From IMG/VR virus record IMGVR_UViG_3300046694_000619: 64,000 nucleotides of DNA; one strand, given 5' to 3'. Both the position numbers and the translations under genes were made by a program. The DNA comes from a virus. Its lineage: Duplodnaviria; Caudoviricetes. Shown here piece after piece: positions 39,358-48,958 of this stretch; position 1 is the first letter of the stretch, and every line of letters begins with the position of its first letter. The notes under the pieces were generated by a model. That model was not told where the DNA came from. It did no database searches and saw only the letters and a program-made list of their open reading frames with translations.

Positions 39358-40083
39358 TTACTTTGCGTCGGAAGTCGTGGCGTTGGCGCTCTTGCTCACG
39401 CCCTTGGCGATGAGGACAGCGACAATCACTGCGACAAAACCAGCGGCATTGAAAATCAGGTGAGCGTGCTCGCCAATCGAATCCGTGACGCCGGCCATGA
39501 CGTTGACCAACTTCGGGTCCGAGACAACCATTTCCGCGCCGACCGAGCCAAGCAGGCCCGCTCCGAGCCAGATGATGACGGGGAATTTCGCCATGAGACC
39601 GGTCAGCAGGTTTGCGCCGAACACGATGACGGGAATCGAAAACACGATGCCTGCGATGGCGTACAGCGTGCTGTGTGCGCCAGCGCCCGTTGCGGCCGCC
39701 GCAACCGCAAGCACGTTGTCCAGGCTCATCATGAAGTCCGCGATGATGATGGTTTTCACCGCAGCAAACACACGTTCCGACGCGTTCACGTGCGGCTCTT
39801 CGTCACCTGCATCGGTCAGCAGCTTGAAGCCGAGATACAACAGGTAGGCGCCCGCCACCAGTTTGACGAACGGGATACCCATGAGGAATCCAGCAAACGC
39901 GAGCAGGATGGCGCGAAGGCCAACGGCGCCTGCCGTGCCCCAGAGCAATGCACGCATGCGCAGTTCTTTCGGAAGAGCGGCGCACGCGAGAGCCAAGACG
40001 ACAGCATTGTCGACACCCAACATCAGGTCGACGCCGATAATTTTGAGAATGGAGCCCCAGTCGATGGTGGCGAGAAAGTTCAT
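39358..40083 (-). CDS. TerC/YjbE-family membrane protein
   Basis: DLMLGVDNAVVLALAC, ADFMMSLDNVLAVAAA. Confidence 0.92.
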   Translation of the reverse strand: MNFLATIDWGSILKIIGVDLMLGVDNAVVLALACAALPKELRMRALLWGTAGAVGLRAILLAFAGFLMGIPFVKLVAGAYLLYLGFKLLTDAGDEEPHVNASERVFAAVKTIIIADFMMSLDNVLAVAAAATGAGAHSTLYAIAGIVFSIPVIVFGANLLTGLMAKFPVIIWLGAGLLGSVGAEMVVSDPKLVNVMAGVTDSIGEHAHLIFNAAGFVAVIVAVLIAKGVSKSANATTSDAK

Positions 40084-40127
40084 ATGGCCTCTTGTTGTGT
40101 GGTCAGGTGTGCTTCTAGTGTTTTTGT

Positions 40128-40155
40128 AGTATACCTGTATTCGTGCATATGTCAA
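40128..40155 (-). promoter_or_regulatory. Sigma70 promoter of the ter-like operon
   Basis: TTGACA, 16-nt spacer, TATACT on the minus strand. Confidence 0.7.
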
Positions 40156-40313
40156 GTCAATACAGCCAGCATGGCTTGAGATTTTCGTATTCGTGCGATT
40201 GGTATAACGTAGAACGGTGTTACGACCGGTTACAACCTCTGTGCCGCGTGGCATTGCTGGAGCGTCTATACGGGAGCGCAGGCATGTGCCTGTTCTCACG
40301 GAGTAATACCCAG

Positions 40314-40679
40314 ATGCACAAGAAACTGTTGGTCGCGGCAATGCTCGCTCTGACCGCGTCGGCAGGCGCATTCGCCCAAACTGCTGCCAGCGGTGCGGTT
40401 GCCGTTCATCCGACGGCCGTAAAGCCCGCCATCTTCGTGGCTGAAACGCCGCAGGCGGCCAGCGCCGGTCAACCCGCACGCGAAGTGCACACCGTCACGC
40501 GCTCGGAGTTCCTCACGAAGGCTGCTGAGCGCTTTGACGCGATGGACGCAAATCACGACGGCACGCTCACCCCTGACGAACGCCGCGCCTTCTTCAAGGC
40601 CCATCTCGCAGAGTTGCGCGAGCACCACGGTCCCGAGCTGCCGGCATCGGGCGCACAAGCGCCGCGTCTGCCGAAATAG
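40314..40679 (+). CDS. Secreted EF-hand protein
   Basis: Signal peptide; FDAMDANHDGTLTPDE. Confidence 0.75.
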   Translation: MHKKLLVAAMLALTASAGAFAQTAASGAVAVHPTAVKPAIFVAETPQAASAGQPAREVHTVTRSEFLTKAAERFDAMDANHDGTLTPDERRAFFKAHLAELREHHGPELPASGAQAPRLPK

Positions 40680-40724
40680 CCGGCACGGCACAAAAGAGAA
40701 AGCCCCTCGCGAGGGGCTTTTTCA

Positions 40725-43163
40725 TCAGATGTAGTCGGCGTCTCCGAAATCTACTGAGGCCGTCGACTCACCGGGTGAGGACTCGACGGCCTCTGGCCTG
40801 GGTGCCGCAGCTTCTGCATCCGGGACACGCTCGAGCGGCGCAACCGCGTCGCCGAGCGTTGCCTGGGTGGCGAGTGCAACCGCCTTGTCCGGCAGTGCCG
40901 CGCCAGCCCGCGCCCGTTTCCCGCGGTGCGCGTCGAGGTCCTTGCCGGTCAGCGTGACCTGTGTGTGCTTCTTTCGCGCCGAGGGCGTGGTCGACACCAC
41001 CAGCTCCGTCACCGGCCGTTCATAGGCCGCGACTGACTTCACCGTGTCCTTCCCGCTCAGACTGATGAGCTGCATGCCGCGGCCCTTGGCCATCTGTTTG
41101 AGCTCGACGAGCGGAAACAGCAGCACCTTGCCCGAACTCGCGCCCACGGCAATTTCTCCGCCATCGCGCAGTGCCCTCACGGCGGTCGGAGCCAGAATGG
41201 CTTCACCGTCTTCGAGTGTCATCACCGCCTTGCCGGCCTTCTTGCTCGTGACCAGCTCCGCGCCCGGGCAGAGGAAGCCATAACCGCCGCTGTTGGCCAG
41301 CAGGTAGTGCGTATCAGTGTCGAGCACGAACGCGTGCACAAGCTTGTTCGAGCCAATTTCGACGAATGAGGAGAGCGGCGAGCCGTCACCGCGGCCAGTC
41401 GGGAATACCGACGCCGCGACGTTGTAAGCGCGGCCCGTGTGGTCGAACATCACCACCGTCTGCGTGCTGCGCGTCTCAATTACCGCGAGCGCTTCGTCAC
41501 CCGCTTTCCAAGTGAGCGCGGACAGGTCGACCTTGTGACCGGTGCGCGCGCGCAGCCAGCCCAGTTTCGAGATAACGAGCGTGACCGGGTCATCACTGGT
41601 TGCCACCACCGACGAGGTGGTGATGCGCTCGGCCGACTCGATGAGGGTACGACGCGCGTCGCCATACTTCTTGCGGTCGTCGCCCAGTTCATTGAGCACC
41701 TGCTTCGTCATCGCGCCACGGTCATCGAGCAGGCCTTGCAGCACAGCCTCTTCCTTGCGTAGCTCGGCGAGTTCGCTCTCAATCTTGATGCGCTCGAGAT
41801 TGGCGAGCTGGCGCAGGCGGATTTCAAGAATGTCTGTCGCCTGAATATCGGACAGCCCGAACCGGCTCATGAGCTGTGCCTTGGCATCCGCTGAGTCACG
41901 GATAACGCGGATGACTTCGTCGATATGGAGGAACACCGTCAGGCGGCCCTCGAGGATGTGCATGCGTGCGCGAACCTGGTTCAACAGGAATTGCGTACGG
42001 CGCGTCACGGTCTCGAACCGGAAGGCGACCCATTCTTGGAGCACCTGAAGCAGCCCCTTCTGGCCCGGCGCGCCATCCGCGCCAATGGTCACCAGGTTCA
42101 TCGAGAAGTTCGATTCGAGGCTCGTGTGTGCGAGCAGAACCTGCATCACCTCATCCGGGCTCTGGCGTGAGCTACGCGGCTCTATGATGAGCCGGACCGG
42201 ATGCTGCGCATCGGAATCATCCGAAATCTTGTCGACCACCGACAGCACGAGCGCCTTCAGGTTTGCCTGGTCCTGCGTGAGGCTCTTCTTACCCGCCTTG
42301 AGTTGAGGGTTCGACAACTCTTCGATTTCGGCCATGACCTTCGCCGTGGACGTCCCCGGCGGCAGCTCGGTAATCGCAATCTGCCATTGCCCACGCGCCA
42401 GTGGCTCAACAGTCCAGCGCGCACGCGTGCGCAGCGACCCGCGACCGGTCGTGTAGGCCTTGGCCACTTCGTCCGCCGACGAGATGAGTTGCGCGCCGCC
42501 CGGGAAATCCGGACCCGGCATGATGGCCAGGATGTCTGCGAGCATAGCTTCCGGATGACGGATGAGGTACTCGCAAGCAAGCGCCACTTCAGTCAGGTTG
42601 TGGCTCGGAATTTCGGTGGCCATACCCACAGCGATACCCGATGCGCCGTTCAGAAGCAGCACGGGCAGGCGAGCAGGCAGCAAACCCGGTTCCTGGAGCG
42701 AGCCGTCATAGTTGGGTGCGAAATCCACCGTGCCCTTGTCGAGCTCGCCCAGCAACAGCTCGGCAATCGGCGTCAGGCGTGCTTCGGTATATCGCATTGC
42801 CGCTGGCGAATCGCCATCGCGAGAGCCAAAGTTTCCTTGGCCGTCGACGATGGGGTAGCGCAACGAGAAGTCCTGCGCCATCCGCACCGCGGCGTCATAC
42901 ACCGACGAGTCGCCGTGCGGGTGGTACTTACCGATGATGTCGCCGACGAAACGCGCACACTTCACAGGCTTGCTCTTGTCGTTCAGCCCCATGCGGTGCA
43001 TCGAATAGAGAATGCGCCGTTGCACGGGCTTCTGGCCGTCGCGGACATCCGGGAGCGCGCGGCCCAGCACCACGCTCATTGCATAGGCGAGGTACGCATT
43101 CTCCGCGTAGTCGCCGATGTCGACGGCGTTCGACGAGTCAGCGGGTTCAAGCACTTCAGACAT
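40725..43163 (-). CDS. parC: DNA topoisomerase IV subunit A
   Basis: [35 protein letters not shown]; no GyrA box seen. Confidence 0.95.
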   Translation of the reverse strand: MSEVLEPADSSNAVDIGDYAENAYLAYAMSVVLGRALPDVRDGQKPVQRRILYSMHRMGLNDKSKPVKCARFVGDIIGKYHPHGDSSVYDAAVRMAQDFSLRYPIVDGQGNFGSRDGDSPAAMRYTEARLTPIAELLLGELDKGTVDFAPNYDGSLQEPGLLPARLPVLLLNGASGIAVGMATEIPSHNLTEVALACEYLIRHPEAMLADILAIMPGPDFPGGAQLISSADEVAKAYTTGRGSLRTRARWTVEPLARGQWQIAITELPPGTSTAKVMAEIEELSNPQLKAGKKSLTQDQANLKALVLSVVDKISDDSDAQHPVRLIIEPRSSRQSPDEVMQVLLAHTSLESNFSMNLVTIGADGAPGQKGLLQVLQEWVAFRFETVTRRTQFLLNQVRARMHILEGRLTVFLHIDEVIRVIRDSADAKAQLMSRFGLSDIQATDILEIRLRQLANLERIKIESELAELRKEEAVLQGLLDDRGAMTKQVLNELGDDRKKYGDARRTLIESAERITTSSVVATSDDPVTLVISKLGWLRARTGHKVDLSALTWKAGDEALAVIETRSTQTVVMFDHTGRAYNVAASVFPTGRGDGSPLSSFVEIGSNKLVHAFVLDTDTHYLLANSGGYGFLCPGAELVTSKKAGKAVMTLEDGEAILAPTAVRALRDGGEIAVGASSGKVLLFPLVELKQMAKGRGMQLISLSGKDTVKSVAAYERPVTELVVSTTPSARKKHTQVTLTGKDLDAHRGKRARAGAALPDKAVALATQATLGDAVAPLERVPDAEAAAPRPEAVESSPGESTASVDFGDADYI

Positions 43164-43166
43164 GAT

Positions 43167-43556
43167 TCAGACTTCCTGTGCGGGTTGTTCTTTGGCGGCA
43201 GCTTCACGGCGCGCCGCCTTTGCGCGATTCACGGCTTCCTGCGCCGCTGCGCGGTCTTCTTTCATTGCTACAGCCAGCTCCAGCTCGGAAATGGGCGTGA
43301 AGCGCGAGGCCCACATCACGGCCGGCCGTGCCCACGGGATGTCAGCCGTTTCGAACGGCCAGACATGCTCGTACAGATACAGCAGGCTCTCGTCTTCGGT
43401 GTGCCGCGCCGGGCTGATGAAGCGGTAGATGCCCCCATCCGTGTGACGAACAAGCTGTCCCCGCTCGAGCGGCTTGAAGTACCGCGCCGTGACTGTCGGG
43501 GTAAAAATGAGTTCGCCGATAGCGGCACTCAGGTCGGTGTTATAGGGTGCGTCCAT
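43167..43556 (-). CDS. DUF1653-like protein
   Basis: VRH.DGGIY...ARHTED....LY......WARP. Confidence 0.7.
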   Translation of the reverse strand: MDAPYNTDLSAAIGELIFTPTVTARYFKPLERGQLVRHTDGGIYRFISPARHTEDESLLYLYEHVWPFETADIPWARPAVMWASRFTPISELELAVAMKEDRAAAQEAVNRAKAARREAAAKEQPAQEV

Positions 43557-43559
43557 GAA

Positions 43560-43946
43560 TCACTCATCGTTTGTGTCTTCGGTGTCGTCCGAGCCCAGCA
43601 GCTCCCCATCCTGACCGGTCACCATCTCGCCACCTTTGACGCTTTGCCACGGACGATGCGCGTGCAGGGAGCAACTCTTCACGCCGCAGTCGCGCACGCG
43701 GAATTTCGCGCCCGGGTCGGCATCCGCGCCCACGCACGTCCAGCAGAACGCCTTGATGGCCGCCTTCAGCGAATTCGGGTTCGCCTCCGCCTGCTCGACG
43801 GGATTGCGGTGCACTGGCTTCCAGCCGGCGGCCCGCAGCTCACGCATACGCTCCTGGCCCTTCGCAAGCTGGGCGCGCAGTTGGGCCTTGCGGTCTGAGG
43901 CTTCCGCCGACTCGTTGGTCGCAGGAATGTTGTTGATGTCAGTCAT
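43560..43946 (-). CDS. Hypothetical Zn-binding protein
   Basis: AIKAFCWTC...VRDC....CSLH..RP. Confidence 0.65.
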   Translation of the reverse strand: MTDINNIPATNESAEASDRKAQLRAQLAKGQERMRELRAAGWKPVHRNPVEQAEANPNSLKAAIKAFCWTCVGADADPGAKFRVRDCGVKSCSLHAHRPWQSVKGGEMVTGQDGELLGSDDTEDTNDE

Positions 43947-43957
43947 TTCTGTTTTGG

Positions 43958-44836
43958 TTACTCGCTGTTTTTGGTTTTCAGGTCCAACATGGACATCCCG
44001 GTGCCGGGAAGAGCGAACACAAGCTTGTGATACTCGTCTACGAACACCGTCTTGCGCTGTTCTTTAGCGCGGCGCGCGGCCTTTGCATTCGTGATGGCGG
44101 CTTGCGCCTCCGCTCGAGGCTGCTGCTGTGCTTCGCGCAGGTCGTTGTTCGTTATTGGCGTGAACCGGCTCGGCCACTCTTGCGCGGGGCGCGCCCACAC
44201 CTGACCGGTCGCAAACGGCCAGACGTGCTCGTAGATGACGAGCTCGCCTTGGTCTTCCGTGTGGTGCGCGGTGGAGTGGTAGCGATAGATGCCGCCATCC
44301 TGATGGCGCACCAGTTGCCCCGGCACCAACCTGGCTGTCTCAACGCGTGCAAATTTCTCGACGCGTTGCAGTCTCGTGCCCGCAGGCAGCTCACCAAGGT
44401 CGACATCACCCATCATCTGCATGACGCCACAGAATCCGGCGTTCAGTTCCGCACCTTGTTGCAGCCAATCCAGCAAGCCAGGCAAAGTCCGCGTCACATG
44501 CCACAGGTCGTCGACCAGCACAAAAGTCGTCGCTGAAATGGCGAACAGGTGGGGCAGTTTCTCGATGTCGACGGGCTGTTTAGGGTGGTCCAGTTCATAA
44601 ACGGTCAACGGCAGACTTCCGAAACGCTCGACAGCAATGGCCCGCGTATAGTCCACGGTTACAACCGTGCCACCGAGCGCGCGAGCGAGATGCCGGTATG
44701 AGCGGCTACCGTCGAAAACCAGCGCCGTGTTGCCGTCGGCCAGACTATTCATCAGCCGTTGCGCAGCGAAAAGATGCTTGCCAGAGCCCGAGGGGCCGAC
44801 AATGAGGAGGTTTTCTTGTGGGTTTGTGTAAAGCAT
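43958..44836 (-). CDS. Small P-loop NTPase (VirB4/HerA-like motifs) fused to a DUF1653-like domain
   Basis: IVGPSGSGK, VFDGSRSY, LVDD; C-terminal domain similar to 43167..43556. Confidence 0.65.
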   Translation of the reverse strand: MLYTNPQENLLIVGPSGSGKHLFAAQRLMNSLADGNTALVFDGSRSYRHLARALGGTVVTVDYTRAIAVERFGSLPLTVYELDHPKQPVDIEKLPHLFAISATTFVLVDDLWHVTRTLPGLLDWLQQGAELNAGFCGVMQMMGDVDLGELPAGTRLQRVEKFARVETARLVPGQLVRHQDGGIYRYHSTAHHTEDQGELVIYEHVWPFATGQVWARPAQEWPSRFTPITNNDLREAQQQPRAEAQAAITNAKAARRAKEQRKTVFVDEYHKLVFALPGTGMSMLDLKTKNSE

Positions 44837-44847
44837 GTCTGATTCCT

Positions 44848-45366
44848 TCAGTCAGGTATCCGGCTCGCGAGCTTTTCTTTTTTGCCGAAAATGGCACATC
44901 CCAGCAGACGCCAGTCGCGCTCGCGAAGAGCACGAAACAGCGCGGCGCCACGCAGCTGGTTGACTACCCACGGGTTGGGCTCCAGCACGTCGGTGCCGAC
45001 AAGCAGCAACGGGCGATTGAGCCAGGCAGCCAGGAAGAGGCCGACACCGACCGAGCGCGAGGCGCCAGCTTCGCAATGGACCATCAAAGGGGCGTCTTTA
45101 TGTTTCGCGCCGAATTCGAGCGCCGCTTTCGCGTGCTCGCGCGACATCACCGTGAAGTTGCCGCCAACCTGGTCCGTGTCATGGAAGCCCAGGCGCAAAA
45201 TGTCGGCGTAACCCTCGAGCGTCGGCTGCGACTGGCGCGGGTTCGTGATGGAAATGCAAACCTCGCCGGCGAGCGGTGTACGGTTGACGGCGGCGCGGCG
45301 CGGCAGTACCCGAACGAGACGTTGCTCTCGCTCAGGGGTGGAATCGTGTGAATCGTTAAATCGCAT
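44848..45366 (-). CDS. Protein-tyrosine/dual-specificity phosphatase-like protein
   Basis: VHCEAGASRS (HCx5R) loop. Confidence 0.8.
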   Translation of the reverse strand: MRFNDSHDSTPEREQRLVRVLPRRAAVNRTPLAGEVCISITNPRQSQPTLEGYADILRLGFHDTDQVGGNFTVMSREHAKAALEFGAKHKDAPLMVHCEAGASRSVGVGLFLAAWLNRPLLLVGTDVLEPNPWVVNQLRGAALFRALRERDWRLLGCAIFGKKEKLASRIPD

Positions 45367-45413
45367 CTTCGTTTCGCAAACAAACGGCTCACGAGGAGCC
45401 GTTTTGAGGTGAA

Positions 45414-45953
45414 TCAGGTACGCGGATGGCCAAACTTGGCCGCTTCAGTTTCAATCCAGTTGCGGGCTTCCTCGACCGTCTCGACATACCGGAATCCAGC
45501 CGTACGCCCCGTTTCCTTTGCGACAACAACGCAATGGATGGTGCCGGGCTCAACGGTCTGGCGGTCGTCGTGGCGATAGTCTGGGCCGTAGTCCAGGTAG
45601 TGCCCGGCACACAGCGTCTTGCCGTGCCGTGTACTGCTGCGCGGCCAGTACCAGCCACGCGCCGTGGAAGCACCTTTGGGCTCGTCCCAAATCTTGTTCG
45701 TCTCATAGACCGACGAACGCGTCGCCGACGTCAACAGGTCCTGCTTTTCGCGTTCGGCCTTCATGACCGGATGCGACGTTGTCGCCACAAGGTACGTGTC
45801 GAGCGTTCCAACCTGGTTGGGGTTGCGAATGGACACAACATTGTTCGGATACAGTTCGTTGTCGATGAGCCAGTCCAGCTCGGCATCCGACATCACGGCT
45901 GCGCTTCCTGCGATAACTTCGGCAATCTTGCTGCGGGCGATATTCGTGTTCAT
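45414..45953 (-). CDS. Hypothetical protein
   Basis: GGAG RBS, ATG at 45953; hairpin at 45383-45404 follows. Confidence 0.6.
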   Translation of the reverse strand: MNTNIARSKIAEVIAGSAAVMSDAELDWLIDNELYPNNVVSIRNPNQVGTLDTYLVATTSHPVMKAEREKQDLLTSATRSSVYETNKIWDEPKGASTARGWYWPRSSTRHGKTLCAGHYLDYGPDYRHDDRQTVEPGTIHCVVVAKETGRTAGFRYVETVEEARNWIETEAAKFGHPRT

Positions 45954-46000
45954 GGTTTCCACTCCGTGGTTAGTTGGCCTGTATCCGTATAGGAAAGGCA

Positions 46001-47971
46001 TCACACGTCGAGGTCCGCTTCCTTGCCGCGCACTTCCAGCCAGGAGCGCCGCGCGCTCGCTTCGCCCTTGCCCATCAGCAGCGTGAAAATGCGATTTACG
46101 TCCTTCATCTCGCCGACCGTGACCGGCAACAGCAAACGCGTATCCGGACTGAGCACGGTGTCTTTCAGCTGGTCGGGGTTCATTTCGCCCAGACCCTTGA
46201 AGCGCGACACTGTCAGCTGCTCGAGCCGGAAGCCATCGCGCTGAAGCTGTGCCACGTTGTCATCGCGCTCCTGCTCGGTCAGGCAGTAAATTTTCTGTGC
46301 CGGACGGCCCTTGCCCTTCGACGGCGCATCGACACGGAAGAGCGGCGGCTTGGCGATGAACACATGCCCGCGCGTCACGAGCTGCGGGAAGTGGCGGTAA
46401 AAGAGCGTGAGCAGTAGCGTCTGGATGTGCGAGCCGTCAACGTCAGCGTCCGAGAGGATGATGACCTTCCCGTAACGCAGGTTGTCCAGCACGCTCGCCG
46501 GCGCTTCGACGTCATGCGGGTCGATACCGAGCGCGACGGAAATGTCGTGCACTTCGTTGTTCTCGAACAGGCGGTCGCGCTCGGTCTCCCACGTGTTGAG
46601 CACCTTCCCGCGCAGCGGCAGGATGGCCTGATACACCCGGTCGCGAGCCACCTTGCAGCCGCCGCCGGCCGAGTCGCCTTCCACGAGGAACAGTTCGTTG
46701 CGCGTGATGTCAGTCAGCTGACAATCGGTAAGCTTTCCGGGCAGGGTTGCCACGCCGGAGCTCTTGCGCTTCTCGACGACCTTGCCGCTACGCAAGCGCG
46801 CAGTCGCCTGCTTGATGACGAGTTCGGCAATCTTCTTACCCGAATCCGGATTGGCCAAAAGCCACTGCATGAAGGGGTCTTTCACGACGGAAGACACGAC
46901 GCGCACAACTTCGCGGCTCGTGAGCTTGTCCTTTGTCTGACCCTGGAACTGGGTGTTGACGATGTGGGCCGACAGCACGAAGTGCGCGCGGCTCCAGACA
47001 TCTTCAGCCTGCAGTGTGATGCCGCGGGGAAGCAGGGCGTGATGCTCGCAGTAGTCACGCATCGCCTCAAAGAGCCCCGTGCGCATGCCCGCTTCGTGGG
47101 TGCCGCCAAGCGGAGTAGGGATAAGGTTCACGTACGACTCGCCCTTGCCCGCTTCCGTGGTCCAGGCCACGGCCCACGCGGCACCATCGCCCGCGACCAC
47201 GTCTTCGCCGTCGGCTACCTTCAGGTGGCCTTCGCCCTTGAAAATATCGCCGACCTGCTCGAGGCCTTCCATGCGCTCTTTCAGATACGCTTTCAGCCCT
47301 TCCTGATAGCACCAAGTCTGTTCTGCGCCCGTGACCTCATTGACGTAGGAGACCGTGATGCCCGGCAGCAACATCGCCTTCGCGCGCAGCAGGTGTTCCA
47401 GCTTCGCGAGCGGGAGATTCCCGGTGTCGAAGTGCTTTGCGTCGGGCCAGAAGCGAACCTTCGTGCCGGACGTGCGAGGTCCGCACTCGCCGATTTGCTC
47501 GACAGGCGAAATCTCGCGGTCGCCTTCGACGAAGCTCACCTTGTAGACCTTTCCTTCGCGCTTCACCTCGACTTCGAGCTTGTGCGAAAGGGCGTTCGTC
47601 ACCGAGACGCCGACACCATGAAGGCCACCCGAGCGAGCGTAGCTATTGCCCTTGCGGAACTTCGCGCCTGCGTGCAGCTTGGTGAATGCGAGGACCACCG
47701 CCGGGATGCCCAGCTTGGGGTGCAATCCCACCGGGATACCCCGGCCGTTATCGGCCACAGAAATGGACCCATCCTTATGCACCGTCAGGGACACCTTGGA
47801 GGCATGGCCGTTCTGGGCCTCATCGACGGCGTTGTCGAGCACCTCCTGGGTGATGTGCAGAGGTGATTCCGTGCGGGTGTACATCCCCGGCAGCTTGCGC
47901 ACGGGGTCCAGCCCTTCGAGAACGTCGATGTCGGATGCGTCGTAGACCTTCTGGTCTTCAGTCGTTGCCAT
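46001..47971 (-). CDS. parE: DNA topoisomerase IV subunit B
   Basis: LEGLDPVRK.PGMY, EVLDNAVDE, LVEGDSAGG, PLRGKVLN, DADVDG, RFKGLGEM. Confidence 0.95.
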   Translation of the reverse strand: MATTEDQKVYDASDIDVLEGLDPVRKLPGMYTRTESPLHITQEVLDNAVDEAQNGHASKVSLTVHKDGSISVADNGRGIPVGLHPKLGIPAVVLAFTKLHAGAKFRKGNSYARSGGLHGVGVSVTNALSHKLEVEVKREGKVYKVSFVEGDREISPVEQIGECGPRTSGTKVRFWPDAKHFDTGNLPLAKLEHLLRAKAMLLPGITVSYVNEVTGAEQTWCYQEGLKAYLKERMEGLEQVGDIFKGEGHLKVADGEDVVAGDGAAWAVAWTTEAGKGESYVNLIPTPLGGTHEAGMRTGLFEAMRDYCEHHALLPRGITLQAEDVWSRAHFVLSAHIVNTQFQGQTKDKLTSREVVRVVSSVVKDPFMQWLLANPDSGKKIAELVIKQATARLRSGKVVEKRKSSGVATLPGKLTDCQLTDITRNELFLVEGDSAGGGCKVARDRVYQAILPLRGKVLNTWETERDRLFENNEVHDISVALGIDPHDVEAPASVLDNLRYGKVIILSDADVDGSHIQTLLLTLFYRHFPQLVTRGHVFIAKPPLFRVDAPSKGKGRPAQKIYCLTEQERDDNVAQLQRDGFRLEQLTVSRFKGLGEMNPDQLKDTVLSPDTRLLLPVTVGEMKDVNRIFTLLMGKGEASARRSWLEVRGKEADLDV

Positions 47972-48056
47972 AAAACCTTGCTCGGCTATTCGTTGATGAT
48001 GATGACCATGGGGTATAGCGAGATTGAGAGGGGCCGCACCACAGGCGCCCCGCCAA

Positions 48057-48545
48057 TCAATCTGACAACCGCACCAGGTCAGCGACATTGACCATGCGCA
48101 GCGTCAAGCGCCGGGCAGGGTAGAAAATCTGTTTGGTTTGCACGGCATCGTCGACCAGCACGACCTCCGTGTCGTCGAACTCAGGGCTCATCTCGATGAA
48201 GTGCTGAAATCCGAAGTCCTTGCCATGAAACAGCATGCATTCGTTGTCGCTCTCGAAAACCGTGCCCCGGCTCAGGCAGAGATGAAAAAGCTTCTCTGTC
48301 GTGAAGGTGTCCGCCAGGTCGAGCGTCACGCCGAGCGCCCGGTTGAGCCTTGCCTCAAAGAATTCGCGAAACAGTGCGACCCGGTGCTCATCCCATAGCG
48401 CAAAGGAAAAGAGCCGTACCGCCTCCGGCGCTTCGTCTTCGATAAAACCCCGGACAGGCTCCACGTTCACAAGCCGTGCGAGCGCCGCGGCATCGAATTC
48501 GTCGATGACCGTGTCTTCCAGGTCCAGGAACACGACTTTCTTCAT
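48057..48545 (-). CDS. HAD-superfamily protein
   Basis: VFLDLEDT, LVDD. Confidence 0.65.
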   Translation of the reverse strand: MKKVVFLDLEDTVIDEFDAAALARLVNVEPVRGFIEDEAPEAVRLFSFALWDEHRVALFREFFEARLNRALGVTLDLADTFTTEKLFHLCLSRGTVFESDNECMLFHGKDFGFQHFIEMSPEFDDTEVVLVDDAVQTKQIFYPARRLTLRMVNVADLVRLSD

Positions 48546-48677
48546 GGGAGCGAGCAACGCATCAAGTTATTCTGTAATATACCATTTATTGCGCCACCCG
48601 TCAATTTTGGCGGCGTTAAATTGGCATCTGCAATATTGTACGGTATACTTTATGCCTCTCATGTTTTAAGGCTTCGA

Positions 48678-48953
48678 ATGTCCGATTCAGTTTCTCGTGC
48701 TGATGCGACCGCGCGCACCGGCGTGCCTGCTGGTGATGCGCAAGCGATACCCGACCGCGGACCGTGGATGGTGACCGTCTGGCCCGGTCAAAAGGTCGTG
48801 CTGCAGTCGGACGACTTCACGCACGACGTCGCCCTCGAAATTTCGGGCGATTTCGGCTCACACGATGAAAAGCGCGCCTACGCGAAAGCCCTGGCGGACT
48901 GGATGAATTCGAATCTCCCCGCGGCGAGCCGCCGCGCAGCAGCATCAAACTAA
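48678..48953 (+). CDS. Hypothetical protein
   Basis: ORF ends 5 nt before the next gene. Confidence 0.5.
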   Translation: MSDSVSRADATARTGVPAGDAQAIPDRGPWMVTVWPGQKVVLQSDDFTHDVALEISGDFGSHDEKRAYAKALADWMNSNLPAASRRAAASN

Positions 48954-48958
48954 CTACC

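Noticed and set aside
42880-42940. Quinolone-resistance allele in parC
   Set aside because: The QRDR reads [10 protein letters not shown] and keeps the Ser and acidic residues of susceptible enzymes.
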